In this document: piece by piece, positions 19,568-32,100 of the stretch
Layout of the letters: each line of letters starts with the position of its first letter
Position numbering within the stretch: the stretch's first letter is position 1
NCBI GenBank assembly: GCA_044379175.1
Contig: JBIPOM010000254.1
Location: 5,851-69,850 of the forward strand
Reading direction: 5' to 3'
Origin: Flavobacterium sp.
GTDB lineage: Bacteria; Bacteroidota; Bacteroidia; Flavobacteriales; Flavobacteriaceae
DNA length: 64,000 nt
Notes under the pieces: generated by a model
Databases searched by the model: none
Told to the model about the DNA's origin: nothing
What the model saw: the letters and a program-made list of their open reading frames with translations, nothing else
Translations under genes and position numbers: made by a program

Positions 19568-20730
19568 TATTCAACATCCATAGCAAACCTAAACTCTATG
19601 TAGTTGCTAGTATTAGGACTTTTTACAATTGGTAATGAATCTATATTTCTTACAACTGTATAACCTGTTAAACCATATGCTGGATTTATATTGTTTTTGC
19701 TTTCAACTCTCAGGGCATCTAGTGCTACATAGTAAGAATCATCTACAGTATTAGCAGTTGATGCACCAGTAAGAACTTGAGCATAAACTTTAATTGTATC
19801 AACAGATTTCCAAGGAAAACCCTGAGTTGTGTTTAGATCTTTAAGTTCTTTATTTACAACAAAATATCTGTTTACATCAAAATCATAAGCAGAGTCATCG
19901 TTAACATGATCAACTCTTGCTTCCATTCTTGCATACGCACCAGGAGTATTAGATGCAGAAAACTCTACTAAAATTCGAGCAGCAATTTTTGATGTATTGA
20001 TGTCTGCATCACTACCATCTTTATTTAAAACACTAAAAGCAAGTCTGAGTTCATCAGAGGTAGAATATTTTGAAAGGTTTGCGGATGTTCCAGATAACTG
20101 AATAAAGTTACCAGCACCAACTAGTGTTCCTGTTGATCCAGAAAATGTTGAAGAGTCTCCTCTCATTAAAACCATGTTGTTTAAAAATCTTGATCTTTCA
20201 TTCTTTTCATACCTAGATGTATTTAAGAAAATAGTATTATCTGCATTAGTTTGAAAAATATCTAACTCTAAAGATGATCCGTTAACAGTAAAGTAATCTT
20301 TAACAACGTTTAGAATCAATGGATCATCTAATGGTTCTGCAACAATGTTTAAAGTATTAGATCCATTAATAGTCCAGTTTTCTGATTGAGTAAAGGATAG
20401 CAAAGATTTGCTATCGCTAGAGTTCAATAATCGATTAAAGCCTGCAGAGTATATTCCAACCTCAGTTATTTCATATCTTTCTTCTGTTGGTAATTCTGCA
20501 GTAAGCACAATCTTTGATATACCGTCTTCATTTACTATACCCCTTGAAGAAACTGGTACTCTAAACATTTCAAAATCTAGTTCTGTCTTATTTGAATAGT
20601 CTGGCTTTGTACCGCTAACGTATGGCTCTAAAGGCCTTGCACCGCAACCAACAGCGATATATGAAGCATATGAGGGAACTTGACCAAGTAGGTACTTCAA
20701 TATTATATTTTTGCCAGTACTAGTAATCAC
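19567..20730 (-). CDS. Putative minor tail/baseplate protein
   Basis: MITSTGKNII...YIAVGCG...ITEVGIY resembles tail-fibre-collar N-termini. Confidence 0.6.
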   Translation of the reverse strand: MITSTGKNIILKYLLGQVPSYASYIAVGCGARPLEPYVSGTKPDYSNKTELDFEMFRVPVSSRGIVNEDGISKIVLTAELPTEERYEITEVGIYSAGFNRLLNSSDSKSLLSFTQSENWTINGSNTLNIVAEPLDDPLILNVVKDYFTVNGSSLELDIFQTNADNTIFLNTSRYEKNERSRFLNNMVLMRGDSSTFSGSTGTLVGAGNFIQLSGTSANLSKYSTSDELRLAFSVLNKDGSDADINTSKIAARILVEFSASNTPGAYARMEARVDHVNDDSAYDFDVNRYFVVNKELKDLNTTQGFPWKSVDTIKVYAQVLTGASTANTVDDSYYVALDALRVESKNNINPAYGLTGYTVVRNIDSLPIVKSPNTSNYIEFRFAMDVE

Positions 20731-20744
20731 TTAAATCTCCTATA

Positions 20745-21227
20745 TTATATTGTATCATAATAGCCGCTTCCACTAGTTAGTATATTTATCTCTATTTGTT
20801 CATCATCTTCAATATTAACTAGTTCTAGAACTAAATCTCCTGTTGATGATTCTATATAAACGTTTACACCATTGTTACCATTTGCAACATTTGGTATCTT
20901 TTGATCAAGAACAATTGTAAAGTTTTTAAAGTACTCATAAGATGTTTGAAAAACTGGGGCTAAGGTGTAAGAATTATAACTTTGTAATATTTTATTAGAA
21001 TTGTATATATTGTCATAAACAAGTTTAGAGCCAAACACCGTATCATTTCTATCAATATTAATAATTTCTTGTCCACCAATATCTTCAAATATTAAATTAG
21101 ACATAGTCTCTATAGATACTTCTTCGTCTCCCACTATGATGTATTGCGGCTCTGCAACCTTAACCAAAGAACTATCTGATGAATTAGAGTATATTATTTG
21201 TGGTGTATTTGGAATTGAATCACTCAT
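20745..21227 (-). CDS. Putative minor tail protein
   Basis: Position in the tail operon. Confidence 0.5.
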   Translation of the reverse strand: MSDSIPNTPQIIYSNSSDSSLVKVAEPQYIIVGDEEVSIETMSNLIFEDIGGQEIINIDRNDTVFGSKLVYDNIYNSNKILQSYNSYTLAPVFQTSYEYFKNFTIVLDQKIPNVANGNNGVNVYIESSTGDLVLELVNIEDDEQIEINILTSGSGYYDTI

Positions 21228-24200
21228 CTGCTACCTCATAACAATATAACTTCATTGTTGGACCCTGTGCTGATCTTGCATACTCAATATTATAAACAAC
21301 AAATCTTTTATTTTCTGATGCTATGATATCTTCATTATTGGCATTTTTATAATATACGTTAACTATGTCTCCAAGTTGAATTGTTGGCATAGCAAATATT
21401 TCTAATCCAATTGCATTTTTAGGATCTATAGTTTTATTAACAATCCATCCAAGCAATGCTTCGGCATCATCTCTTGATTGTATGTATGGAGTATCCATTG
21501 TAAATTCTTTAGTGCCATATTTAGATTTACTTATTTTTAACTTATTATATTTATCTTTAGATTCAGTATTTGATTTTATAACTTGATCATCTAAATATTG
21601 TGTTTTAATATAGTTAGAGTTTTCTTTATAATAATCTTCAACTGTTAAAGTATGGTTTGTTGATTGAGTAAACGCAACTCCTTGAATTCTTAAATAATTA
21701 CCAGATGTTTCATCTAGCGTTAAGACAGTATCAGTTGCATTAAAAATTAAAAATTCTGCACCGTAAGCATCTGGTAAAAATCCAGAAACTGTATAACCCT
21801 TTATTTTATTAAAAGTTGGAGATATTTTAGAATATAGTGCTGGATATGCTTTATCAAACTTGATATTAAAATATGCACACTCTCTCATAATAGAACCAAA
21901 CTCATCAAAATAAAAATTGTAAGATGGAGGCTCTGAGGGACTTATGCCAGAAAGGTATGTTGACTGTATTACAGAACTTAAAGCGTACTTTCTAAATGCA
22001 TCACTAGATGTGAGTTCTTGATTATCAAATATTTTATTAAATGGTATATCTATATTTTCTGAAACATTTTTAGAATAGTTGCTTCCTAAAGCAAATATGT
22101 TTTCAAACATAATTTTAGATGTTCCTCTGGTAAACAAACACATATTATTATAAATAGGAAGTGGGCTTGTGTCATCAACTATGGCAACAATGTTATTATT
22201 TATATATAAATAAAACTTTCTTGTTTGTCCAATATCTAAATATTCAACTGCTATGTCATATACGGTTGGATTAGACTCTCCTGTTACCCTGTATTGTCCA
22301 GTAAAGTTACCATCATCTACTAATATGTTAGTTGAGCCAGACCATAACTTTACAGGAACAGCCATATCTGTTGCACTATCTTTTCCTATCTTGTAAAACA
22401 TTAAGTTAGCAATTGTAGAACCATTGGCATATTTATCTATGTTTGTTTCTGTTAATGCTGCGATTTCAAAATAATATCCCACATTGTTTGTAGGGTTAAC
22501 CATAATTCCTAAGCCACCAGAGCCACCACCTATACTGATATTTTGAGATGGATCAGTTCCAGGAACAACGTAATATGTCATGCTTCCAGTTGGTGTTTGA
22601 CCTCTAACCTCATTGTTTTCAACCTTACCAATAATTCTTAATCTAGTTCCAAAATGTTTAAATTTGCTGCTTAGTGGTTTATAAACATAGTTAATATAAT
22701 TAATTGGTTTTTGTTCAAAGTTAAACGATGGCCCAGTCATAACCAATGCAGATGATTGAATGTTTCCAGATTTTTTATTAATTGAATTTTTATTATCATA
22801 CTCTGAAGTATAAGAACTTGATAAAAAGTTTTTAATAATACCAGTTCTAGTTGTTTGTTTTGCTATGCTATCGCTAACACCAGCAGCACCAACTACAACT
22901 GTTTTGTCTAATGTTTTATTTGCAAACAAATATTCAGAATACATGTTACAACTTTTTACGTTGTCTCCACTAGTCCAATATGGGTTTAATCCAGCATGAT
23001 GACTTGTGACCTCTGTTCCAAATTGACCTCTTCCATTCTTTATTACATCACCATCTTTTAAAACTTTTACACCATTTACTTCTACATAATCCAATTCTGT
23101 ATAAATTCTAATTAATCCAGTTGGATACATTTTTCCGTTAAAGGGTAACTGAGAAAAATAATTCTCATAATCTTCAACATTAGTTATCCAAATATTTCCT
23201 ATTCCAGAAACATTATATTCAACTGCATCGTACCTAATAACCTCACCATTTGAATAAAAATATCCATTATAGTTGCTGATCCAATATATGTTTTCTCCAA
23301 GATCAATGGTATTATTTAACAATACATTGTGACTAATTGATGGAACATCACTTGACAAAGATGATCCTAGCGGTATTGCTGCTAAAACATATGACGACAT
23401 AGATGCGGCAGACTCATTTACAGTTTTTGTATTGCCCTTTCCAGAAACTTCCCATAACAATGTTGGCTTGTATATCCAAGTTTTTTCTTTATCAATTAAC
23501 GTTGCTTGCTTGATTGATCCTAAAGTTTTTTGAATATATCTAGTAGTATAATTAATTTTACCAGAATTCAAAACCTTTGTATCCACTATTGAAGCATTTA
23601 ATATATTTTCTTTATTATTTATTTGATTATTTTTAGAGCCATAAAGAGTGATGTCTGATAACCTGTCTGTTATTTTTGGTACAGTATAGTTTTTGCTCAT
23701 TACAACTAGATCATTTTCTTCATTAAAAAACATAGAAGATTGAGAAGATATTGCTAAATCATTTAAAACCTGTGCAATATTTTTTTCTTCATTACAAAAA
23801 AAGAAAGGAATAATAAGTTCTTGTTCATTTTCAATTTTTTTAAATATGTAATTAGAGAAACCAGCGTAGTCTAATAATGTTGAAACTACAAAACTTAAAG
23901 ACACATTTGTTAAAAATAAACTAGGAGCATTTATCTGCTCTAGATAAAAATATAAATCTCTTAACTCTATAGAGGTTTTACCATTCTTTACATCTGTTTG
24001 CGGTATGGAATCTGAGTATAGTTTTTTTAACGGTATGTGCTCATAAATATTATTAATAGTCTCTACACTTTCATAAAAACTAAATTTAACATTATTATTT
24101 AAATAGTTATGAACAATGCTATTTGTATTGTTTTTATTAAAAGACATATCTGGATCAATTAATTCTAGGTTGCCAGTAGATGCCAAAAGTTGTCCTACTG

Positions 24201-25473
24201 GTAGTCCGTTTGTGCTTAAATCAGATATTGATTTATTTATTGTATAGGTAGTGACATTATCTGTTATGTCTACCAACAATCTAGGAGACAACTCAATTAA
24301 ATCAAAGACACTGTCAAACTTATTCATTGTGCTTACTACAACTCTTATTCCATTTATATATTGAAATTCTTTATAAGATATGCTATTTGTATTAGCATTG
24401 TTATAGGATATTACGTTTACTAGTTCTGTTACCGTGGAAGTTTTATCTATTTCTTTTTCTAGTAAGCCCCACCCATATTCTGGAATAAACAAGTCATAGT
24501 CAAATCCATTATAAATATGAAGAGTTCCAAGTTGATTATTATTATTAACTAAATAAGCATGTCCATATGAAGATGTTGTTGGCAACAGTGCTGTAGATGA
24601 AATAGTTTCAATTAAAGAAAAGGTATCAATATATTTTAATGGAGTGAGTAGTCCGTATTTTAATTCAACGTGCCCATCAGATTTAATAATATTACTGCCA
24701 TCTGATCTTGTAGAAGTTTCATCAAAATTAATTATATCCGTCCAAATATTATTATTAAGTATCTGAACCTTCCAAGTACTTGGAGTTGTCTGATTGCTGT
24801 ATCCATAAAATGGATCACTTATACTTTCAGACACTGTTGAAAATGGACCTAAATCAATTTCTCCAATATTTGTTTGCATCTTAATAACAATTCTATTAAC
24901 TGGAATACTATCTTTATACACCACAAACGGCGATGCATCATCTATATAATTTTTATTGTTTGAAATATTTTTAGCAATACCTCTTTCAATGTTGTCTTCT
25001 GTTCTATAAGAACTCCAATATTTAAAATAATCTCTTTTATCTGACATATAATATCTTGGTCTATTGGCCAAATAAGAATTTGAATTATGAAAATATTTAT
25101 TATTGAAGTATTGTATTTTATTTATTCCAGATCTTGGTCTAAATTTATTAAAACAATCCTCTAAAGAAAATAACTGCCCTTCTTTTTCTTTAATAGATGT
25201 AAAAAGTTGCGGTTCGTCTGAATCGTCGTATCCACCATCTACTACTATGTCAGCATTAGTTGCATCTGTATAAAAATTGCCGCTATCATTGGGATCATAA
25301 AAATTAATAATATTTTTATATTTAGACGAACTTTCTAATGGACGATGTCTGTAGTTTCCAATTTTAAATAAGTTTTCTGCATTATTAAAATTCCATTCTG
25401 CTAAAACTAATCCTTTAATGTTTACACTTTCAGATCCTTCAAAAACTCCTCTAATGTTGTCATTTTCAAACAT
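21220..25473 (-). CDS. Large minor tail / tail-tip protein
   Basis: 1417 aa, second gene downstream of the tape measure. C-terminal PYIQS...PTIQLGDIV hub-like motif; ATG coupled to the upstream stop. Confidence 0.7.
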   Translation of the reverse strand: MFENDNIRGVFEGSESVNIKGLVLAEWNFNNAENLFKIGNYRHRPLESSSKYKNIINFYDPNDSGNFYTDATNADIVVDGGYDDSDEPQLFTSIKEKEGQLFSLEDCFNKFRPRSGINKIQYFNNKYFHNSNSYLANRPRYYMSDKRDYFKYWSSYRTEDNIERGIAKNISNNKNYIDDASPFVVYKDSIPVNRIVIKMQTNIGEIDLGPFSTVSESISDPFYGYSNQTTPSTWKVQILNNNIWTDIINFDETSTRSDGSNIIKSDGHVELKYGLLTPLKYIDTFSLIETISSTALLPTTSSYGHAYLVNNNNQLGTLHIYNGFDYDLFIPEYGWGLLEKEIDKTSTVTELVNVISYNNANTNSISYKEFQYINGIRVVVSTMNKFDSVFDLIELSPRLLVDITDNVTTYTINKSISDLSTNGLPVGQLLASTGNLELIDPDMSFNKNNTNSIVHNYLNNNVKFSFYESVETINNIYEHIPLKKLYSDSIPQTDVKNGKTSIELRDLYFYLEQINAPSLFLTNVSLSFVVSTLLDYAGFSNYIFKKIENEQELIIPFFFCNEEKNIAQVLNDLAISSQSSMFFNEENDLVVMSKNYTVPKITDRLSDITLYGSKNNQINNKENILNASIVDTKVLNSGKINYTTRYIQKTLGSIKQATLIDKEKTWIYKPTLLWEVSGKGNTKTVNESAASMSSYVLAAIPLGSSLSSDVPSISHNVLLNNTIDLGENIYWISNYNGYFYSNGEVIRYDAVEYNVSGIGNIWITNVEDYENYFSQLPFNGKMYPTGLIRIYTELDYVEVNGVKVLKDGDVIKNGRGQFGTEVTSHHAGLNPYWTSGDNVKSCNMYSEYLFANKTLDKTVVVGAAGVSDSIAKQTTRTGIIKNFLSSSYTSEYDNKNSINKKSGNIQSSALVMTGPSFNFEQKPINYINYVYKPLSSKFKHFGTRLRIIGKVENNEVRGQTPTGSMTYYVVPGTDPSQNISIGGGSGGLGIMVNPTNNVGYYFEIAALTETNIDKYANGSTIANLMFYKIGKDSATDMAVPVKLWSGSTNILVDDGNFTGQYRVTGESNPTVYDIAVEYLDIGQTRKFYLYINNNIVAIVDDTSPLPIYNNMCLFTRGTSKIMFENIFALGSNYSKNVSENIDIPFNKIFDNQELTSSDAFRKYALSSVIQSTYLSGISPSEPPSYNFYFDEFGSIMRECAYFNIKFDKAYPALYSKISPTFNKIKGYTVSGFLPDAYGAEFLIFNATDTVLTLDETSGNYLRIQGVAFTQSTNHTLTVEDYYKENSNYIKTQYLDDQVIKSNTESKDKYNKLKISKSKYGTKEFTMDTPYIQSRDDAEALLGWIVNKTIDPKNAIGLEIFAMPTIQLGDIVNVYYKNANNEDIIASENKRFVVYNIEYARSAQGPTMKLYCYEVADE

Positions 25474-26114
25474 TATACTTCTTCCAAAGATATAGTTACG
25501 TCCCACAAGTCGTGTGTATTAGAACCTCTTTTGTTTACGTTATATGAAAAATCAGTTATAAAAACTTCTTTAACTTCTTGATATTCATTAAGCCTTCCCA
25601 TTACGTTATCTTGTCCTTGAAAAGCATTATATTTATCATAAGCAAGAAATAAATAAAATGATCCAGGACTTTCTAAGTACCAGTTTAGTAATTCATTTCC
25701 TCCTGCTCCACCATCTACTGTGTATCTTTTTAATTCACTTTCTTCTTTTCCAGTTGTTGTATCAAAATTTATAGTATTTTCAAAAGATCTAGATGGCAGG
25801 TTTTGCCAACTTATAGTAAACACACTCTTATCTGCAATAAAAAATGATCTCATCTTTCCATTTATAGTTCTTTCTCTTTGTTCAAGTCTGTTATGTTTAA
25901 TATCTATAGCACTGCGATTATGATCTGATAATATTAAGAAAATACCATCCGTCAAATTTCCAATCTGTGTTGGATCAGTTCCGATTTCGTATCCAGATGG
26001 TACGTGGGTTGGACCATTGGGGCCTGAGACAAGTGTTCCAGGATTATTTGAAAACAACAGTGCTTGTGGTCTACTGTATTTTTTTCTACCAGCAAGGTAA
26101 TTTAAAGTTGCCAT
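25473..26114 (-). CDS. Distal-tail (Dit)-like protein
   Basis: Immediately follows the tape measure; ends WDVTISLEEV. Confidence 0.6.
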   Translation of the reverse strand: MATLNYLAGRKKYSRPQALLFSNNPGTLVSGPNGPTHVPSGYEIGTDPTQIGNLTDGIFLILSDHNRSAIDIKHNRLEQRERTINGKMRSFFIADKSVFTISWQNLPSRSFENTINFDTTTGKEESELKRYTVDGGAGGNELLNWYLESPGSFYLFLAYDKYNAFQGQDNVMGRLNEYQEVKEVFITDFSYNVNKRGSNTHDLWDVTISLEEV

Positions 26115-29100
26115 TATATTCTATTCCCCTTGATTCTTTGAGAATCTATTTGCTTAATCTGCATCATTACCGTTCTAGCAATCTCGTTAGGGTTTGCATC
26201 AGATTTAACATTAACACTCAAGTTATAATTATACACTGAAGATGATGAAGGATTGTCACCTTTATTAATTGCTCTTAAGTTATCTACCCCGAATTTGTCC
26301 ACACCATATTTACTTACAATAAATTCACCAGGAGTTAGCATTGCTGGCACGGTATCAGTACCAATTGCAAATCCCCCTGAAGCAAATCTTTGTACTCTTC
26401 CACCCATATTCCATTTCTTTGGAACTGCTTTTGCAACTGCTTGTTGCCATGTTTGGGGTGCAAGAGTTTTACCTCCACCCATAATTTTATTGCTAGATGA
26501 ACTTCCAATACCAAATCCACTTCCACTTCCCATGATGTTTGCAGAAGTAACTGTTGGAAATTTTTTATTAATTACGCTTGATGGGGTTGATGGTTTTGAT
26601 ACAACTCCAGGTGATTTTATACCCTTTGGTGGTTTTTCACTTGTTCCTGAATCTGTTGTAGTTGTGGTTGTAGTAGTTCCATCTGGTAGTGATGGTAAAT
26701 TGGTTCCAACATACTGTCCAAGTTTATCTAAAATGCCTTGCCATCCAGCATTCATTTTGTTAATTGCATCTAAGGATCCCTGAAGAACACCGTTATATAG
26801 TTCTGTTGCAACTTGTGCTGCTTCTATCTTTGTTGCTTGTGTTTCCCATTCTTTCTTTGTCATTCCAGCAAGAGTTAGATTTTTTGCTTGTGCTTCTACC
26901 TCTTGATTTATTAAATCTAATTTAACTTGTGCAAGTCTTGACTGTTCTTGTAAAGGTTTAATAGTGTCTTGATCAATTCTATAATTTTGTTCTTTTAATG
27001 CTTTTATTTTTTCTTCTAGTTGGTCTCTGGTTAATCCATTACCAGTTAGGGCACTTATCTGTGCGTCCCTTGCTGATTCCATTCCAGTTCTTTGTTGAGC
27101 AATTGCATCTGCTGCATTTTGTGCACGAAGTTCTTGAGCCGCTCTTGCTGCTGCATAAATATCTCCTTGAGACAATGCTTCGGCAAGTGATAGTCTACCC
27201 TTTTCTTGTCTAGCAATTGTTTCATTAATCTTAGAAATCTTATCAAGTGATTCAAACTGTTTGTCATATTTTTTAGTTATTTCATTAGCCTGATCATCTA
27301 TAGTTTTTAGTCCATCTTCATATGTAGAAATTTGATAATTATTTACATCTTGAATATTTTGTGCACTCTTTATTTGAATATCAGCGGTATCAATTACTGC
27401 TTGTTGTTGATCAATTTCTGCTTGTCTTCTTAACTTCATAAGTTTTTCTTGAACATCAAAATATCTTTGTGCTAAATTATATCCAGGATCAAATGCTTGT
27501 GAGTATTGTCCCATTTTTAAGAAACCTTCAATTTTTTTCCTATTGGCTGCTGTTGTGGTGTCAACAATTTTTTTCATATTCTTGCCAAGTTTTTCTGTAG
27601 CAACTGCTGCTGCAAAACCAGTGTTTTGAACTGCTTCGTATGCAGTTGCTGAATCCATACCTGCAGCAACTAACTTATTAAATGCTATTGTTTGATTATC
27701 TGTATCTGCAATTATTTTTTCTTGACTATCTTGATATGATCCAAGTTCAGCAAAGTTAATAGCAGACTGTAAAGTTTTCATGTCTTTAAATAGACTCTTG
27801 TATTTGTTGTAGTCTTCAGGAGATAGGGCAGTAATAAAATCTATAGTGTTTTGATTAGCACCTTGACTTCTAAGGGTTTGTGACAAACCTTTAAATCCTT
27901 CAATACCTTCTTTTGCCATTCTTTTTAATGCACTAGCAGAAGAATCCCATCCAGTGGTTAGTTCTTCAGTAGCCTTTCTAGTATCTCTAATCTTTTTTAC
28001 TAGTTCATCTAGTGGAGATGAAGTTGGTCCTGTGCCTGTCTCGCTACCGTCCTCGCCAGTGGCTGGTGTTGCCAAGGCCTCTGCTTTGGTTAACTGTTGT
28101 GCGGCTCCAGTAAAGTATTTATTTGGACTTTGTCCTGGGTTTGCTGCTTGCCATGCCAAAAATTCTTTACTGTTATTTCCTGTAACTTCAGCCATAGTTG
28201 TGAGTGTTTGTAAATAAACCTTTTGTTGTTCTGCTGGAAGACTATTAAAATATTCTTGATCTGATCTCAAGGCTTCCATTTCTTTTGCACCAAGGATTGT
28301 TGCTGCTACCTCTAAACTTATCTTTCCTTTTTGTGCTTTAATATTTGCTATTGTTTCTTGAAGGTTGTTAGCAATATTTGGATTTTTTTGCAAATATTCT
28401 ACTGCAACCCCAACGTCTAAGACTTCTCCAGTTTTTGTAATGTCTCCAAAGAAGGTTAACATTTTTTCTGCTTCTTTTGGTGTCTTTGTTTTTATGTCTG
28501 CAATAAATTTTGCTTGAGCAGTTTTATTTACACTTCCATCTTTATTGGTAAACATTGACACTGTTGATATTGCTTGGTTTGCAAATTTACCGCCAAAGTT
28601 AGCCGTAATATCTAACAGGGCATCTACTGATCCTTGATCTTCTTTAAACATTTCAAACATGCTAACAATTTGCATAGGGTCTATATTGCCACTTGCCATT
28701 TCCATCTTAATTTTATATTGTTGTTCTTTAGTTGCTCCAGAACCACCTATAGCGGTTTGTGCTAATGGAACTATGTCTGCCATTGCAGTATCTTTATATT
28801 GATTAGTGATTGCTTTGTCCACACCAGTCATCATTGCTTTTTGTACGTTACCGCCAAGCATCGAAGATGCACCACTATAAGATGCACCAATATCAGTTAA
28901 TAACCCTTTGTTTTCTTCTAATAGAGCAATTCTTCCTGCTTCACGCTCTGCTGTCAGCCTTGCTACTTTTTCTAAATCGTTTGCTGCTTTAGCAATATCA
29001 ATTCTTTTTTCATATTCTAATTCTAACGAATCCATCATTGCTGTTTGTTGTTCAAGAGCCATCTTTTGCATTGCAACCGCTCCACCTGAAGCAGCACCAA

Positions 29101-32100
29101 TTCTTTTTTGTCTATCACGCAAAGCAAGTGTTCCACCAATTAAAGCACCAGCACCAGCACCAATTGCGGTTCCAATTCCTGGAACAAAACTTCCTGCTGC
29201 GGCACCACCAGCAACTGCTGAAGCCATTCCTCCACCAACTGCCAATGCTCCACCGCCAATAAGTCCACCTAATCCAAAACCACCAAACTTAGCAGTATCT
29301 TTTCCAGTATATCTTGCAGCATTGCCTATCATTCCAGTTGCACTGTTAGCCTTTTGTCTTGCGTCTTGCATTAATTTAACTCTAATAGCGATTGGATCTT
29401 TTTCAAGATTTTCTCCGTTAGGTCCAAGCAGTTCTAACATTTTTGCATTTACCTGAATTCCAAATGAATAATCACCAAGTTGTTCTCCAATATTTGCAGC
29501 AATGCTTCTTGCTTGATCAGCAGTCAAAGATCCTGTTACTACACCTGTAGTTAACTGACTTAATAATTGAGATTGAGCACCCGCTCTTCCACCAACTTTC
29601 ATAGAATCAGTAACTGCAGATATTGTTTGCTTTCCTAAATCTGAATCAACAAAACTTTGTCCAAATGTTGTTTTACCTGTTTGAACTTGAAATGGAGATA
29701 GAGAGTTTTTACGACGTTTATCCATAATTTCTGTAGCACTTACTTTGCCTGAGAATTTTGCTAACTCTTCCATTGCCTTAGCACCACTACCTAAGTTTTC
29801 AGCAAGTTTCATTGCAGAGTCTTGTGCCTTATCAAAAGCCATTCTTGTAGAAACTATTGCATATGTTAATGCCGCAATACCAACAGTTAGTAATCCAAAC
29901 TTACTCTGTAGTAGTGGAAGAATCATAGACAAAGCCATAACTGGCATCATAAGTTTTTGTGACATATCTCCAACTTGGCCTGGCATCATAGAACCACCCA
30001 TTAACAATGCATTAGCACCCATTGCTAATCCACCAACACCAACTCTTCCTCTATTCTTAGTTGTTGGTTTATTATTGTCATTACCGCCAGGATTATATGG
30101 TGAAGTTGGGCCAACAATTCCTCTATTCATTGTTGTAAGTTTTGATTGTGGAATTTGCATTGACCCCTGAATAACTGACATGGCTAATTGACGACCAGCA
30201 CCTTTTGCATCCTTGACTGATTCTTTAACTCCTAATAAAAGTCCTGTGCCAGCATCTTTTCCTATTTTTCTTAATTTTTTAGATGGTGACCTTGCATCTA
30301 GTGTTTCACTAAAAGAGTCTCCAATTTGAGTAAATCCATAATCTATACTTTTTTGTCTTACCTTTTGACTAATAGAAGCATACTGACCGCCTCTTTTATA
30401 TGGTTTACCACTTAAAGGCATTCCAAGTTGTTGTCTAAGTTCTTGATCTCTTTGTGCAACTCCAACTCTTTGACCAGTTGCCCTGTTTGCTTCTCCACCC
30501 ATCAGTCCCAATGTTGAATAATCTTCTTTTAATGCATCAACTACTCTTTTCATTCTTGGTCTTTTTAATTTTCCACTTGATCCTTTAGCAAAATGTTTTG
30601 CTTCTGCATCTGCAACTGCTTTATAAAATTGATCATCTGAGAAAGTTTCAGTTCCTATTTTTCCAATTTCTTCTCCAATTGCTTTTGCAAAAGAACTTGT
30701 ATCAAGAGTCATTTTTTTAAATAATTTGGGATCTTTTAATACTTCATTTAAAGTTTTTCCCTGTTGTGCGGCCCACTCTTCATAAAATGGACTCATAACT
30801 TTTGTTTGTTTGGCTGGATCTAAAAATTCTGATTGAAATAGTTTAGTATCTCCACTTCCTGTGTTATAAGAATGATCTGTGTTAAAGCCATAACGATTAT
30901 ACATAGTTGCTGATTCTGCTTGAGCAAGCATATTCGCCTTACTATATTTTGTTTTTTCATGATATTCTGGATTTTGCGATATTAGTCTCTGTCCTTCTTG
31001 ATTAATAATATTTAATTGTTCTTGAGTTGCTCTACGTGGTGCACTTCCATGTGCAAACACACTGCCAGCAGACTGGCGGCCTGTACCCTTTGGATTTATT
31101 TCTCTTAAATTAAATTCAGCAAGTGCTTGTTGAATTTGTTTTAAACTAAGTATTTGAGTTTTACCTTCTGCTAATGCTCTTTGATTTAGTGTTTCTAACA
31201 TTTTTGTTAATTGTACATTTGTTTCTTGAGTTGCATTTGCACCAGTACTATATCTATGTAAATATTCAGATAATTTTGATTCTGTTGTTTTTGCATTAGT
31301 TGCTATATTTGAATAGTCAGTACCGCCAAAATTAACTGTTTTTATTGATGCTGATCCTTTTATAAAACCAGGTATTTTGTCAGCAATAATTCCTCTAATT
31401 AATCCACCAAACTTTTTATTTTGCTTTGCTGGAATTACAGCCTCTCCTGGTGAAAGCATTGCTGGTACTACATCTCCTGCACCCTTTGGTCCAGGTACAC
31501 TTAATATACCGTTTGCTAATGGCATTCCTGGAGTTTTTGCAATACCCTTGCCAATTGAAAAATTAAGGCTTGCAGCATTTGCTTCCATGTAGGCATTTCT
31601 TAATAACTTAACTGCCTGTGCTTCTGCAGTAAACCTTTGCGTTAATGTCATATGTGCTTGATCTAATGATGATGCAACTGCAGCAGCATTTATTTGTGCT
31701 TGAGTCAAATAGTTAGTTTGCTCACCTAAATATGTAGTAGAATTTCCAGCCCTGTTAAATACTGACTTTATGCTAACAAACAACTTGATAATGTTTGCAA
31801 CACCGTTAGCCAACAAACCAAAAGACATCAAGGCTAATGGGCCAATACCAGCAAGAATTGTGGTTAAGTAAACAACAAACTTCTTTGTGCCATCACTCAT
31901 ATCTTCAAAACGTCTTAATATTTTATTAAAAAATTCAATAATTGGTGTTAGTGCTTTTAAAAATTCTGCACCTATTGGGGCTATTACTGTTTTAAGATCT
32001 TGAACTTGTTTTTTAAACTTATACATTGGTGATTCAGAAATTTTATTTAATTCTCGTTCAGACAATATGGCAAGTTCTTCTACGGTAGCAGTGGTTAACT

